Below, piece after piece: positions 50,701 through 62,599 of a stretch of DNA of 64,000 bases (position 1 is the stretch's first letter; each line of letters begins with the position of its first letter). Both the position numbers and the translations under genes were made by a program. The stretch spans positions 168,642,001 to 168,706,000 of the forward strand of contig CM059425.1 in assembly GCA_030390025.1 (NCBI GenBank), written 5' to 3'. The stretch is from Squalus acanthias. Its lineage: Eukaryota. Below the pieces are notes generated by a model. It searched no databases. It saw only the letters and a list, made by a program, of their open reading frames with translations, and had not been told where the DNA came from.

Positions 50701-51350
50701 GGTCGTGAAAGTGCCAGTTCTCAGAATGCCCTGTTTTAAGAGGGAGTCGATGACCTCTCGAATATAGGGATGACTTTCTTTGGGAATTGGGTACTATTTA
50801 ACAAAGGAGTGGGGCGGGCCGTTAATCGTCTCCTCACCCTCCATTCGACCGCAGTCATGCTTATTAGTAGCGAATGCGGTTGAGTGCGTTTGAATTAATA
50901 ATTTGACTCGCACATCTGTGTGATCTGGTGCCTCTTACAAGCAAGTCCTCTTAATCGCAAATACGGAGTGGGCATCCGATATTTCGACCAATTCACTACC
51001 TCCTGTCCCGATCCAACTACACCTCTGGTTGTAATCAATAATTGTCCCGTAACTTTCCAAAACATCACTTCCCAATATGCCCCTTCCGTCAGGAGTTGTC
51101 ATCAACATTTAAATCGATCCCGTTTGTGCGCATAGTTATCATTTCTCCCTTAAAAACAGAGGTTGACCTTCCATCAAAGCCTTGCAATGTCAAGCAGCCC
51201 TTGCCTGCCGCAGCATGGCGTTCAGGGTGTGGGGTATGGATGATGGTAATGGATGAACCGGTATCAATAAGTGTGATTTGTTGTCGGCCCCCCGGTAGAA
51301 CAACCAAAATTTCCGTTCGCCCATTAACATCACGTCGGAACCCCACTTCC
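47740..51350 (-). pseudogene. pol: protease, RT, tether, RNase H, integrase (multiple frameshifts)
   Basis: LIDTGSS; NSPAWPVRKPDDSWRLTIDY; LDIANGFW; WTCLPQGFHN; QYVDN; YVDGSS/AEILA/WSDSAY/GNNAAD; HSHPVGGH...CIPC; QIDFIG, DSDQG, VERGN; WKGPY; stop at 47740-47742. Confidence 0.93.
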
Positions 51351-51449
51351 GACCAAGAGGGGACCCGTCCCCTTCATTGGGCCATTGCCTGGGATCCCCG
51401 AGGCTGTAATCCAGCCGGATCCAAGATGGCCACCACCGGATTAGCTCTT

Positions 51450-53136
51450 GTAACAATGTGGATGTTCAGTATGGCTGTTATTTTACTCATTTCTCCGGCC
51501 AATTTATCTACCTTGGTCTCCAGAGGATCAGCGGATATTATCGCGGGTGGTGGGGGTAGATTTCCTTGAAAGGGAGGGTACCGTTGGCCCTGTTTTCTAG
51601 GTTTCTTACAAAATTTAGAATAGTGCCCAGGTCTCCCACAGTTGTAACAATTTCCTTCGAATCGACGTGTGTAGGGGGGGTGCAGAGGGCATAACTGGCC
51701 CTTCTACCACACTAACAGGTTTTTCTACCACACTAACAGTTTTCTTGGTCTACACTCCTCCCTTGCAAAAGTCCATGCCTGATTGGTGGTCTGGGGTAGC
51801 TCAGGCCACTTGGTCACAGGTGAGACCGTGTCCCAGCGCGTGCCTCAATGAGCTTTGCAAGCCATTCAAGAATTGTTTCTTGAATGGCACCTGGTCCTTC
51901 CCTTCGTCATCGGAGTCAAGAGCAACTCCTTGGGTTCCACCATAAACTGTGTAGAGCCTATCACTGTATACAGTGGGTGATTCTACTGGTCCCTGTGTTG
52001 TTTGATAAAATTTCTTGGCCATATCCATGCTGTTAATGCCTAACTGTTCCTGAATGGACTCCGTGACTACTGCCGAGGTAGTGGCAATATTATAAACCAG
52101 GAACGGAAGATTTTGCCGTATCTTGGGGTTGGTAGCAGTGAGGAGGACGCGTATCAAATCGGTGTCCTCTAATTCGCTGTGTCCCCACTTCCAAGCATTC
52201 CATCGAACTTTAACGTCGATGGGGCACTCGGATAGTGTTATGGGGCCTAACTCATTAACACAAGCTTGTACTTCGGCAGCATTGAGGGGAACGGAGCGCT
52301 TCTCGGAGGAGGTTTTCTCCCCCTTGTCATCATAGGCCTGGGTTCTAACTATGACACTCACAGGGGCCGACCGCCTATCCTCATGGATGGAGGACACCCC
52401 AGGGTCTCCCCAACCATCATGTCGGCCGTGCTGATATGTCTTGCCTTCTAGTGCAACCCAGTCTATCATTTCTCCTCCTCCTGCTGCTCCCACTGCTGAA
52501 TCATACGATCTGGCAGTAACAGCAGCCACAACAGCCTCCCGTTTTCCCAGCTTTCCCTCTAGTTCGTATATCTTCAACCTACACTGAGTGTGATCCGTCT
52601 CTCTATAAGGGCGCTGGCGAGCTTCCCTCAAGGCGCCTCTGGCATCTTGTAAATCATGCGTAAGATCCTCCCTCTCTATCTCACAAGATTGTAACACCTG
52701 TTTGGTTTCTTCTAGTTCACGCATAGCGCTTCCTGCCTCAACTGCACACACGCTCTGTTGTTGCAGAACTACTGCAGCTCGAGAGGTCTGGCTCTCTAAG
52801 TCAGTAATTCGCTTTTTCAAATCTCCCATCTCCTGGCTATGTTTTTCTTTTGACTCATTGTGTTGTGCCCTTAGCTCTTCTATCTCTTGACTTTTTCTTG
52901 CAGTACTCATCATCCCTTTGAGCACAGTAAAATACTGCATAGGCGAGTAGCCTAGTCGCCTTATCACTTTTAATTTTTTTTAGATCCACACGTTCCTGAA
53001 TAAAGTTTATCACTTCGTCAAAGGGGACTCGGTCTCCTTTGCATAAACATTCCGTCAATAGTACCTGTACTTCCTCCTCACAGGCACCACTGTCTAATTT
53101 ACTCTTATACGTGTCAACAAAACTTTTACTAGTCAT
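51450..53136 (-). pseudogene. gag with N-terminal coiled-coil region and CCHC zinc knuckle, disrupted
   Basis: ATG at 53136; ORFs 52855-53136 and 51801-52967 with E/K/L/Q-rich heptad-like stretch; CYNCGRPGHYSKFC at 51608-51649; 3' boundary approximate. Confidence 0.85.
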
Positions 53137-53293
53137 TTTGTAGTTTTCTTAACAGACCTCTAACATCTATAACTATCGGCGCGCAATTCACGGGCACTCC
53201 CCACGAAGGGTTAATCCCTCCCCAAGAGCAGCAGCTGATCAGGAGGCTACTCTCGAGGTCTGGTCTATTACACAATACTAGCCGCTTTGTCTA

Positions 53294-53311
53294 GTCCCAT
53301 CTGGGGTGCCA
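53294..53311 (-). promoter_or_regulatory. Primer-binding site complementary to the tRNA-Arg(CCU) 3' end
   Basis: Minus strand TGGCACCCCAGATGGGAC, 2 nt after the LTR end (...CACA); plus strand GTCCCATCTGGGGTG-CCA matches the vertebrate tRNA-Arg-CCT 3' end as recalled. Confidence 0.85.
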
Positions 53312-53313
53312 GT

Positions 53314-54244
53314 TGTGAGTCAGTCAAGTGACCACTCAGAGTTCTTGGACAAGACACAAATAGGCAGCAGCCAGTATGTTTGAGCAATAGATTAGATTTA
53401 TTAAGCTTACAGCGTAATTAATACTTAACAATAGGCGATAGTAAAACGAATAGCTCGCAGCCCTTGGTCTGTGGAGCCCTTCGGACACAGGCAACGTCAT
53501 CGTAAGTCTGTTCCTTTTCTTCGCAGCAAATCTCTGTGTGAAGTTGTTCTTTGAGTATCGAGGTTTTAACCCATTCCTTATCAACAGTTCATTTGGCCAG
53601 TGTCCATATATGGTCTTTAACAAAATCACCATCTTTAATTGGTTCTAATGGTCAAAATACCATTGTCACTCAGGTTAAGGCTAGTAACCTGGCCACTCCT
53701 TTTCCAGTACATTTCCACAACCCTATCCAGCTGTCTTGTTATCTTGTTTATGGTTTTTCACCCCATTGGAATTTACCATATCTCTTTCATTTCATTGCCT
53801 CCCTGGTACAAGGCCTTTATACCAAGGGCCCATATCATTCTGCTGTCTCACTTGTCTTGAGGTATCCAGACGATCTCACTTTAATCTACCAGATAAATAC
53901 CTTAACTTCCATGATCTCATTTTATTGGAATTTATACTAATTATCCTTTAAATATTGTTGCAGTTAGTTTTGTTAAGCGAATTCTAAGTTCTATTCAGTA
54001 TTATAATATGTTTTTCTTAGCAATTTAATGATTTGACCTTCACTTGCAGCCTGTAGCTGCTTGTTATCGAAGCTTAGTCAAAACTGCCTTTGGCTGTCCC
54101 CGCAGCTGCATTCTGAACAAGTCTTAGCTTTTTAGTTACTCAGGAGAAATTATGGGTAATATTATTTGGTCAATGGCTACACTTGAAGTTATACATATAT
54201 GATTCTCATCTACTAAATATCTTTAAATATCAGCCTTTCCTACA
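53314..54244 (-). repeat. 5' LTR (931 bp)
   Basis: Minus strand begins TGTAGG next to the TSD and ends CTCACA next to the PBS. Confidence 0.85.
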
Positions 54245-54905
54245 TCACGTTCTCTGGAATATTAGTCCAAATCTTTGGATTGTTGGTCCAGCAACATAAC
54301 CACTACTGTACTGAAGGATCCATCGAAATGCAGGCATAATGTGACTGTTAGTACCTCTCACAGGAAAATTCAAAAGGGGTGCCAGCTAAAGGAAAAAGAG
54401 TTTGAAATTTAGCAGTTTTAAATGCATTTGTTTCATTTAAATTTTCTGTCAACTCAAACAAAAAAAATGAAAAGAAATTCTGGAAGGAATAGTTAGAGAA
54501 GGATGAAGCAGTGAGTATAATTCTAGAGAATGACAGTATGGAAGTGATATTAAATTAATATTTTGCATTTTTTTTTACAATTGCTGAAGTGAGAACATAG
54601 ATGTACTAGAGGAGAAAATGGAATAGTAGATAGAGAAGGGATTGGTTCTGATAAAATTAGAGCTCTAGGTGGAGACGTCACTGGCCTCTGATTGCAACCT
54701 AAGCAGAGAGGCCCTGGCCACAATTTCTCAACCTTCCTTAAATATGCAAATTGTGCTGTGGAACTGGCAATGAACCGATACAACACCCTTATTCAAGAAG
54801 GGAAGGAAGGATAACACTAGAAAAATTAGTCTAACATCAGCTGTGGGTAAATTCTTAGAATCAATAATTTGAGATAAGATTTGTAGATGTGTAGTTTATG
54901 GAAAT

Positions 54906-55502
54906 GGGCGCGACTGCTGCCAACGAACCGGTTTTAAAAGCCAGGAAGGGATGGGCTGGTGAAAAACCGGGGAAGGGAGAGGGCTGCTGAAAAAGCCGGA
55001 AAGGGAGCGGGCTGGTGAAAAAGCCAAGAAGGGAGTGGGCTCGTTAGCGTGATCGTTTTTAAAAAGGATGCAACTGCTGCCAATGAACCGGAAGCAGACT
55101 GTGCATGTGCGCTGCTAGTTCGTCATGGGAGCAAGTTCGTTCAAAAATAAAATGTTAAATGCCGGGAGGGAGCGGGCTGTGAGGAAAAATGCCGGGAGGG
55201 AGCGGGCTGTGAGGAAAAATGCCGGGAGGGAGCAGGCTGTGAGGAAAAATGCCGGGAAAGAGCGAGCAGACTGTGAGGAAAATTGCTGGGATGGAGCAGC
55301 GGGCTGCTTCAAAAATGCTCTGTGGGGAATAAAAAAAGAAGCTTCCGGTTCCAGATTAATGCACAGTGCGCTTCTGCGCAGCTTCCGGTTCGTTGGCAGC
55401 AGTTACTCCGTTTTTAAAAAAGCAGAAACATCATGCTTCCGGTTATTGGAGTGCGCAGTACGCATCCGCGCAGCGTCTGGTTTGTTGGCAGCAGTCACTC
55501 CG
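54906..55502. mobile_element. Non-autonomous TIR element with 9-bp TSD and internal 30-bp minisatellite
   Basis: TATGGAAAT at 54897-54905 and 55503-55511; TIR core gactgctgccaacgaacc / ggtttgttggcagcagtc. Confidence 0.8.
55158..55290. repeat. 30-bp minisatellite (aatgccgggagggagcgggctgtgaggaaa), about 4 units
   Basis: Visible tandem units; NAGRERAVRK repeat in ORF 55125-55616. Confidence 0.9.
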
Positions 55503-56073
55503 TATGGAAATATAGCAGCATGGTTTAAAAATTGGTCGATGGACAAGTCAAGATTTAGAGTAAATGCGTGTTGCTTGGACAGGAGAATGGTAGGAAGTGG
55601 TGTACCCCCAAGGTAAGTGAGGAGTTCTTTTATCAATTCATCCTCAGGATATAGGTGTCACTGGCAAGGCTGGCATATATTGCCCACCCCTAGTTGCCCT
55701 GAGAAGGTGGTGGTGGTCTGCCTTCTTGAAATGCTTACATTTTAAAGAACATGTTGTAAACAATGTTAAATATGCATACTTTTATATCATTTTTGGACAG
55801 CCTGGTAGCTAATATAGCAGAATTCCGTTCTGCTTAGAAATTCTAGATTATTAAATCTGGTTACCTTCCTTGAATTATGCTATTGCTGACCATTGATGGA
55901 CTTACTGGAATAGTGACCATCTTTTCCCTTTTGATGACAGTTTGCAAGTGCAGAGCAGTGTGAAAAACATAAAAACATGATTGAGTTTATAACCCAGTGG
56001 ATATACAATATAAATTTATATTTCTCCTTATTCAAACTAACCAAATGTGTGCTTTGTCTTTCTCCATTCCCAG

Positions 56074-56157
56074 ATGTTGGATTCAGAGTTGGTGGAAACA
56101 CAGACATTAACTACATTGTTCTTCAGGTTCATTATGGAGACGTCACTGCATTTAGAG
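56074..56157 (+). CDS. PAM: PAM coding exon (DVGFRVGGNTDINYIVLQVHYGDVTAFR) with the third CuH histidine
   Basis: cccAG acceptor, G|GTAAGA donor; 84 nt, phase 1 to 1; VGFRVGG and VLQVHYG motifs. Confidence 0.97.
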
Positions 56158-56521
56158 GTAAGAGGTCCCAACAATAGAGAAATAATTGTGAAAATTACAT
56201 TTGCAAGTGATTCTGACATTAGACAATTGATATTTTATTTTTATATAAAATGAAAATGCAATGGGCCTGAAATTATGGTGCTTCCAACAATGTACGCTGT
56301 TGGAAGCCTTCAGAATGGCCCTGTTAGTTCTGGGTTTCCGCATGCACAAAAACCCAGAACTTGCAATCTGTCCAGTTTCACTTGGACAGATCCTTCACAT
56401 CCGCTACAAAATCACTTTTGCTGACGCAGAATTGGGCTATTTGCCCAACTACTGCCCAGCAAATGCTCGCGGAACCCTTTCGCCTAGTAAAAGCAGATGT
56501 AAGGCTTTCTTTTACTAGTGT

Positions 56522-56830
56522 AACTGGAGATCTGAAATAAAAGCAGAAATGCTGGAAACACTCGGCAGTTTAGGTAGCATTTGGGAGAGAAAAAGAATTA
56601 GGGCTAGAAATTCATCTTGGGCGGTGGCCAATGGAGCTCAATATCAGCCGTTGTGTATAACGGGCAGCCGATCCGATAACACCCGCTTTACGCCACCGCC
56701 TGAGACGAATTTCTAGGCTTTAATGTTTCAGGTCGATGACCTTTCGTCAGAACTGGAAGATGTGGAGATTAACAGTTTTTAAGCGAGTACAGAGCTCGGG
56801 AAGGGGGGTGGGGGAGAGGGGGAAAGAACA
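56522..56830 (-). mobile_element. Penelope-like terminal fragment interrupted by a mini-MITE
   Basis: Matches 6560-6730; hammerhead core at 56724-56754. Confidence 0.7.
56601..56719. mobile_element. 119-bp Harbinger-type MITE
   Basis: TTA TSD (56598-56600 and 56720-56722); ~28-bp imperfect TIRs gggctagaaattcatcttgggcggtggc / gccaccgcctgagacgaatttctaggct. Confidence 0.8.
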
Positions 56831-58579
56831 ACTTTACGGACAGCTGGTTTGGATGCTCCGCGCAGCTCTGCTCTGAGAGAACTGACTACAACATGCGCGA
56901 TGCATACTGTCCTCAGGCAATCAATCAATTCGGGCTATTTTAACAACAATCTGATGGGGTGGGACTGCACATTGATACCGAGCGGAATATTAGCATTCTT
57001 GCAACATGATGCAATTTCCATTACATCGCAAGCACACTGGACCGGGTGTACACATTTAGTTGGGCACAGGAGGAGGTTGTTTTGCTGGCAGGATACAAGA
57101 CTGGGTATCTGGTGCTGTTGTGTAAAGGTCAATCTGTTGACTTTGAATGTCATTGACTGTGGGAGAACTGCTGTTCAGCAATCAACAGTCACAAAAGGTA
57201 AAAGTGCTGAAATCTCTTGGTAAAGCTGGAATAATAAAGCTGTCTGGAAATGGGAAGTCTAAAACCAAACATTGCCTGAAAGGTGTAACTAGAGATGCAT
57301 TAAAAGCAAATGCTGCAGCCCAGTCACCCAACAGGAAGCCAATTTTTCCCACTGTTAACTTCAATGCTACTCAAGCCTATATTGTATCATAGTTCAGAAA
57401 GGTCAATTATCGTAGTTGTATGAATTTGTTCATGTCGGTTTTCAATTAACATCAAATTGTAACTTCCCATCGAAGAATGTTTTGATCCAAAATTCAATGG
57501 TTCATTTCCACGACTGACTGATGATGGTGTTTGGCACCTCTCCAGACAAGTTTGTGTAACGTGCTGATTGGATTGTGAGAATTCCTGTCAAGCTACTAAT
57601 CACATAAGTATATAATCAAATTGTTAAATAGTTTTCTTTGTGTTTTTGAATTGTAATCTTGTTGTGCTTTGTCTATTTGCTTGCGAACCCATCTGCAAGC
57701 TTCCAAAAATAATCTCTCCTTTTAAATCAGAGCGCGATTCATTGGATATACTGATCTCAAAAAAAGTCCAGTGCAAAACTGTGATGCATTCAGCAGTTCA
57801 TTTCTGATATCTACGATTCAGTAAGACATAAAAACTTTATCACGAGGTTTATATTAGGTGCAATCTACTCTAATTATAAATTGCTTCTTTGGAATTACTT
57901 GATGATTAGATTTTTTTCAATGCTGAATTCTCACTTTGCTGTATTATTTATGTTGCTTAATTCAAATAATTGGATAATTCATCTTTTTAGTGAAAATCTT
58001 ACTGAATTGTTAGCAGTAGGCTGAACATAATCTTATTCCAGTCAAGACCAAGGCTGAAAGGGGTGAGAAGTCAAAGGCAGGCAAAATTTTGCCAAGTTTT
58101 TGCCAAACTTTGTTACTAACTAAGCACATTTCCTGAATAGGCTATTTAACCTGTTAACAGGTTTTGCTCAGTATAGTTCTGCATTGTATTGATGCTATTC
58201 ATTGAATTCTGTTGTTTCATCATTCAATTTAATTTTAAATATATATTAGTTGATTTTTCCTGTGGAACTTCTGGTCTACATTTGCCACAGAAAGCGTGTG
58301 ATATCTGGGAAATGTTTCATTTTAGATACATGAGCACAGAGCAGATTAATCCAGTTTGCAAAGTAGTGAATAAACTAATTGTGAATCCAATATATCTCTC
58401 AGCTCAACGTGAAGAGATTACTGAAAGGTAATGTCTTGATCATAGAGGTCATGCTTTGCTTACAGAAGATACTTTGAAACTGTTGAGAAAAGCAATGCTA
58501 TAAAAATGTGAAATTGTAACTTTGTTTGAATGCATTTTTAACTCCATTTAAGTTTCATATTTATATATTTTTCTTTCAG

Positions 58580-58628
58580 ATAACCACAAAGATTGCTCTG
58601 GTGTAACACTACAGATGACATTTCTTCA
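58580..58628 (+). CDS. PAM: PAM coding exon (DNHKDCSGVTLQMTFLQ)
   Basis: tttcAG acceptor, CA|GTAAGT donor; 49 nt, phase 1 to 2; KDCSGV motif. Confidence 0.95.
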
Positions 58629-58714
58629 GTAAGTATCCAGATTTGAGCTCTTATAAAATGTTTAGAATATCTTTGTGGTATCCCATTACAAGAGCAACAA
58701 TAAAATGTATTAAC

Positions 58715-58806
58715 AACAGAAAACGCTGGAAAAACTCAGCAGGCCAGGCAGCATCCGTGGAGAGAGAAACAGAGTTAACATTTCAGGTCGAAGACCTTTT
58801 GTCAAA
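58715..58806 (-). mobile_element. Penelope-like terminal fragment
   Basis: Matches 40860-40955. Confidence 0.65.
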
Positions 58807-58819
58807 TGTATTATCTTCC

Positions 58820-60557
58820 ATTAATTTTCATATAGATTGGGAAGAGCAGAGGTGCTCAAGTCAGAAGGGTAGTGAATTTCTTGAGTACATTCGAGATAGT
58901 TTTCTGGAGCAATATGTTCCAGAACCAACAAGAGGGCAGGCCATACTAGATTTAATAATCTAACAGCAAGGTAACATTTATCTACAGTGATCATAATATG
59001 ATCGAATTCAATATTAGGTTTGAAAAGATGAAACTTAAGAGTTACTAAGATTCTAGTTTTGGTAACGCTAACTTTAACGGATGAGGCAAAGACTGACAAC
59101 ACCAAGCTGGTCAAAACTATTATCTGGTAAAACTACAGATGAAAAGTGGGAGGTGTTCATAAAAGAATTTATCTTAATACAGGACCAATATATAACCCTC
59201 GGGAAAGAGCTCTACTTGCCAAATAAAACAACCATGGTGAGGTGAGAGATAAAGGAAAGAGCATATAAAAGTGCAAAGATTAGTGTAAATCCAGGGGACA
59301 GAGAGATAAAAACAGCAAAGGAAGACAAAAAAGATAGTAAGAGCTGAAAAAACTAATCTGAAAAGAAACTTGCAAGAGATATCAAGATTAACACACAACG
59401 TTTTTACAATTATATTAGAAGAAAAAGAGTAGTCAAGGATAATGTGGGCCCTTAAAAACAGATGAGGGTAATCTTGTAATGGAAAATAAGGATTGTTGAA
59501 TAATTACTTTGTGTCAGTCTTCACAGTAGAGGAAGAGGATAATATACCTGACATTCCAGGGAAACGAATAATGAATCAAGGACTGGAACTCAATAAAGTT
59601 AGTGTAAGCAAGAAAACAGATTTAGAAAAAATAATGGCACTAAAGACTGACAAATCCCCAGGACCTGATGGTTTTTACCCCAGGGTTTTAAAGGAAGTAG
59701 GTGAGGAAATTGCAGATGCTTTAGCCATAATCTTCCAAAGTTTGCTCGATTCAGGAATTATACCTTTAGATTGGAAAATTGCAAATGTAACTCCATTATA
59801 TAAGAAAGGTGAGAGAGAGAAACCAGGAAATTATAGACCTGTTGTCTAACATCTGTTGTGGGAAGTTACTGTAATCCATAATTAAGAACAGAGTGACTGA
59901 GGAATTAGAGAATTTGAGCAAATTAGAGAGAGCCAACATGGATTTGTAAAGGGTAGATCATGTCTAACAAACCTAATTGAATTTTTTGAGGAAGTAACTA
60001 AAGTCGTAGACAGGAGAATGTCTATAGATGTAGTTTATATGGATTTCCAGAAGGCATTCAATAAGGTTCCACATAAGAGACTGTTAGCTAAAATTGAAAC
60101 TCATGGAATTGAAGGAAAATTATTGACCTGTTTAGGAGATAGGTTAGGCGATAGAAGACAGAAAGTAGGGATAATGAGTGTGTACTCTAATTGGAAGGAA
60201 GTGACTAGTAATGTCCCACATTTGTACTGGGGCCTCAACTATTCACTATATTCATTAATGACATGGATATATGGCTCTCTATTGTGTCATCTAAGTTTGC
60301 CAATGACACACAGATTGGTGGCATAGTAAGCAGTGTAGACGGAAGCTTAAAATTACAAAGATACTTGATAGATTGAGTGAGCGGGCGAAACTGTGGCAGA
60401 TGGATTTTGACATAGGCAAGAGTGAGGTCATCCATTTTGGAACAAAAATGATATATCCGAATATTATTTAAATGGAGAAAAGCTAGGAACAGTAAAGGTC
60501 CAAAGAGATTTAGGGGCCCATGTACACAGATCACTAAAATGTAGTGGTCAGGTACAA
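58820..60557 (+). mobile_element. Degraded CR1 LINE (endonuclease end to RT)
   Basis: PTRGQAILDL, KSPGPDGFYPRVLKE, NYRPV, YMDFQKAFNKVPH. Confidence 0.88.
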
Positions 60558-61180
60558 ATCACCAAGACTGCCTACTTCCACCTCCGACCCTGCCTCAGCT
60601 TATCTGCTGCTGAAACTCTCATCCATGCCTTTATTACCTCTAGACTTGACTATTCCAATGCTCTCCATCTTCCACCTTGCATAAACTTGGGCTCATCCAA
60701 AACTCTGCTGCCCGTATCTTAACTCACTCCAAGTCTCATCACCTCTGTGCTTGCTGACCTACATTGGCTCCCAGTCCGACAATACCTCTATTTTAAAATC
60801 CTCATCCTTGTTTTCAAATCCCTCCATGGCTTTACCCCTCCCTATCTCTGTAACCTCCTCCAGCCCTACAAGCCTTCGAGATCTCTGCGCTCCTCCAATT
60901 CTGACCTCTTGCGCATCCCCGATTTTAATCGCTCCACCATTGGCAGCCATGCCTTCAGCTGCGTTGGCCCCAAGCTCTCTAATTCCCTCCCTAAACCTCT
61001 TCATCTCTCTCTCCTCCTTTAATATGCTCCTTAAAACCTACCTCTTTGACCAAGTTTTTGGTCATCTGTCCTGATACCTCCTGTGGCTCGGTGTCAAAAA
61101 TGGTTTTATCGATATCACTCTTGTTAAGCACCTTGGGACGTTTTGCCATGTTAAATGCGCTTTATAAATGTAAGTTGTTT
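60558..61180 (+). mobile_element. L2 3' fragment
   Basis: ORF 60747-61022 LADLHWLPV...RSLRSS; L2 tail. Confidence 0.85.
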
Positions 61181-61313
61181 TGATTTCGAGGGTGGAAAAG
61201 GTAATATCAGAGTGTAAGAGTTAAATTCGGTGTGTCTGTCTTTGTTTTTATTTCTGTCGAATGATGAGAGACTCAGTGAAACTGAATCCTAAATAAACTA
61301 TATTTTAAATATC

Positions 61314-62033
61314 GGGGGAAAAATTCGGTATCAACCATTTTGGGGCGCTAACATCGCCTGGGTGCTAACTTTAACTAATTAGCACCGGCGATCGCGAAAT
61401 TGAGTTTTAGCACCCCAAGAGGGAAGTGGAGCGCTAAATCAAGCGCTCCACTTCCTTCTTAGGGCGCTAACGTTGGAGAGCGAGGTGGAGACTTCAGCAG
61501 CGCTGCACACTGCGCCGTGCAGCGCTGCCGCGTTCAAAGGCTCCTTCCCTCCCTTAAAGGGAAGGGCCATCGCTGCAAGCTCTGCAATTTAAAAAGTACC
61601 TACCTAGACCACCAAGACAGCAGCGATCCCGCGCGATTAGCCCGGCAGTCAAGCAGTGTGCCGGGCTGATAGATCGCGGGCAAGAACCCGCGAAAAAAAC
61701 TAGAACAGGAAAGGTAAGTTTTTTTTCCATTTACCTCGGCCACCTCGCCTTTAATCATTGCCCTCGAAGCAGCCAGCCACCCGATGCACGCCTCCTGCAG
61801 CTATCAGAGTTTTCAACCGGCGCTGCTGCAGGGGGCGGAAGTCAATTTCGGGTCCGGGGTGCTACCGGGGCGATGCACATGGCGATGACATCACGGTCTC
61901 CGGGTGAAGGAGATCGGGGGGCAACACCGTAGCGCCGCCGCAAAACTCTCGCCAAATATGGCGGGAGTCGATGTCAGCACCGTGCCCGGTCACAAAGCCG
62001 TTAGCGCCCCCAAAGGCACCCAATTCAACCCCC
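61314..62033. mobile_element. GC-rich Harbinger-like MITE ending ~100 bp upstream of a PAM exon
   Basis: Imperfect TIRs ggggg...aattcggt...ggggcgctaac / gttagcgcccc...acccaattcaaccccc; several internal palindromes; no clear TSD. Confidence 0.7.
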
Positions 62034-62132
62034 AGTTGTGGATGGAATGTGATTGGGGTCTGTGTGAAATTTTTTATCATTCTGTTTCATGGATGCATTT
62101 GCAGGGTAATTTTGCTAACTTTTTTTCTGCAG

Positions 62133-62200
62133 ACAACCTTTGATTGCTGGCATATATCTCCTCATGTCTGAAGATACTGTGATACCACCAGGAGAAAAGG
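62133..62200 (+). CDS. PAM: PAM coding exon (QPLIAGIYLLMSEDTVIPPGEK)
   Basis: GCTAAC branch point, T tract and ctgcAG acceptor, G|GTGAG donor; 68 nt, phase 2 to 1; QPLIAG and DTVIP motifs. Confidence 0.96.
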
Positions 62201-62599
62201 GTGAGCTTCGACTGTTATTTACTTTTATACATTTATATAGATTGATCAAGTTGCTATGAAATGTCAAGTTGTTTCAGGGTTTGTTCCAGCGGACTTGAGT
62301 TAAATTATCAAATGACAAATAGAAAACAAAAGTTACATTTGAAAAAGGAGGTGCAAAAAAAATGTGGATGATTGCTTTAGAATAGAGACGCTATGGCATT
62401 TTTGTTGTACCAGCCAAAAAAATAATTTCATGCGACTTTAGGCCTGATCTTACCACTTCTGGCTAAATCCATAGTCTGCCATAACACTTTCTCAACCACC
62501 CCCCCCCCCCCCCCCTGCCCTACACACACACAAAATTGGACAAGAGTAATCAAAAAGAAAGTTAAGAAAGCATTATATTTGCATATTTTATGAAAAGTT

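Larger units (their letters stand above)
47388..54244 (-). mobile_element. Endogenous retrovirus-like provirus (gag-pro-RT-tether-RNase H-IN, no env seen), possibly lokiretrovirus-like
   Basis: TGTA...TACA termini, TCAC TSD (47384-47387 and 54245-54248), PBS, 318-bp direct repeats, full pol motif set. Confidence 0.92.
47071..54312 (-). mobile_element. tRNA-headed SINE split by the provirus (head 54245-54312, body and tail 47071-47387)
   Basis: Removing 47388-54244 and one TCAC restores a continuous element: tRNA-like head, body matching 22872-22973/25185-25233, tail matching the family B 3' end. Confidence 0.7.

Noticed and set aside
55125..55616. 163-aa ORF with NAGRERAVRK repeats
   Set aside because: By-product of the 30-bp minisatellite in a non-autonomous element; units are contiguous with no spacers, so not a CRISPR array either
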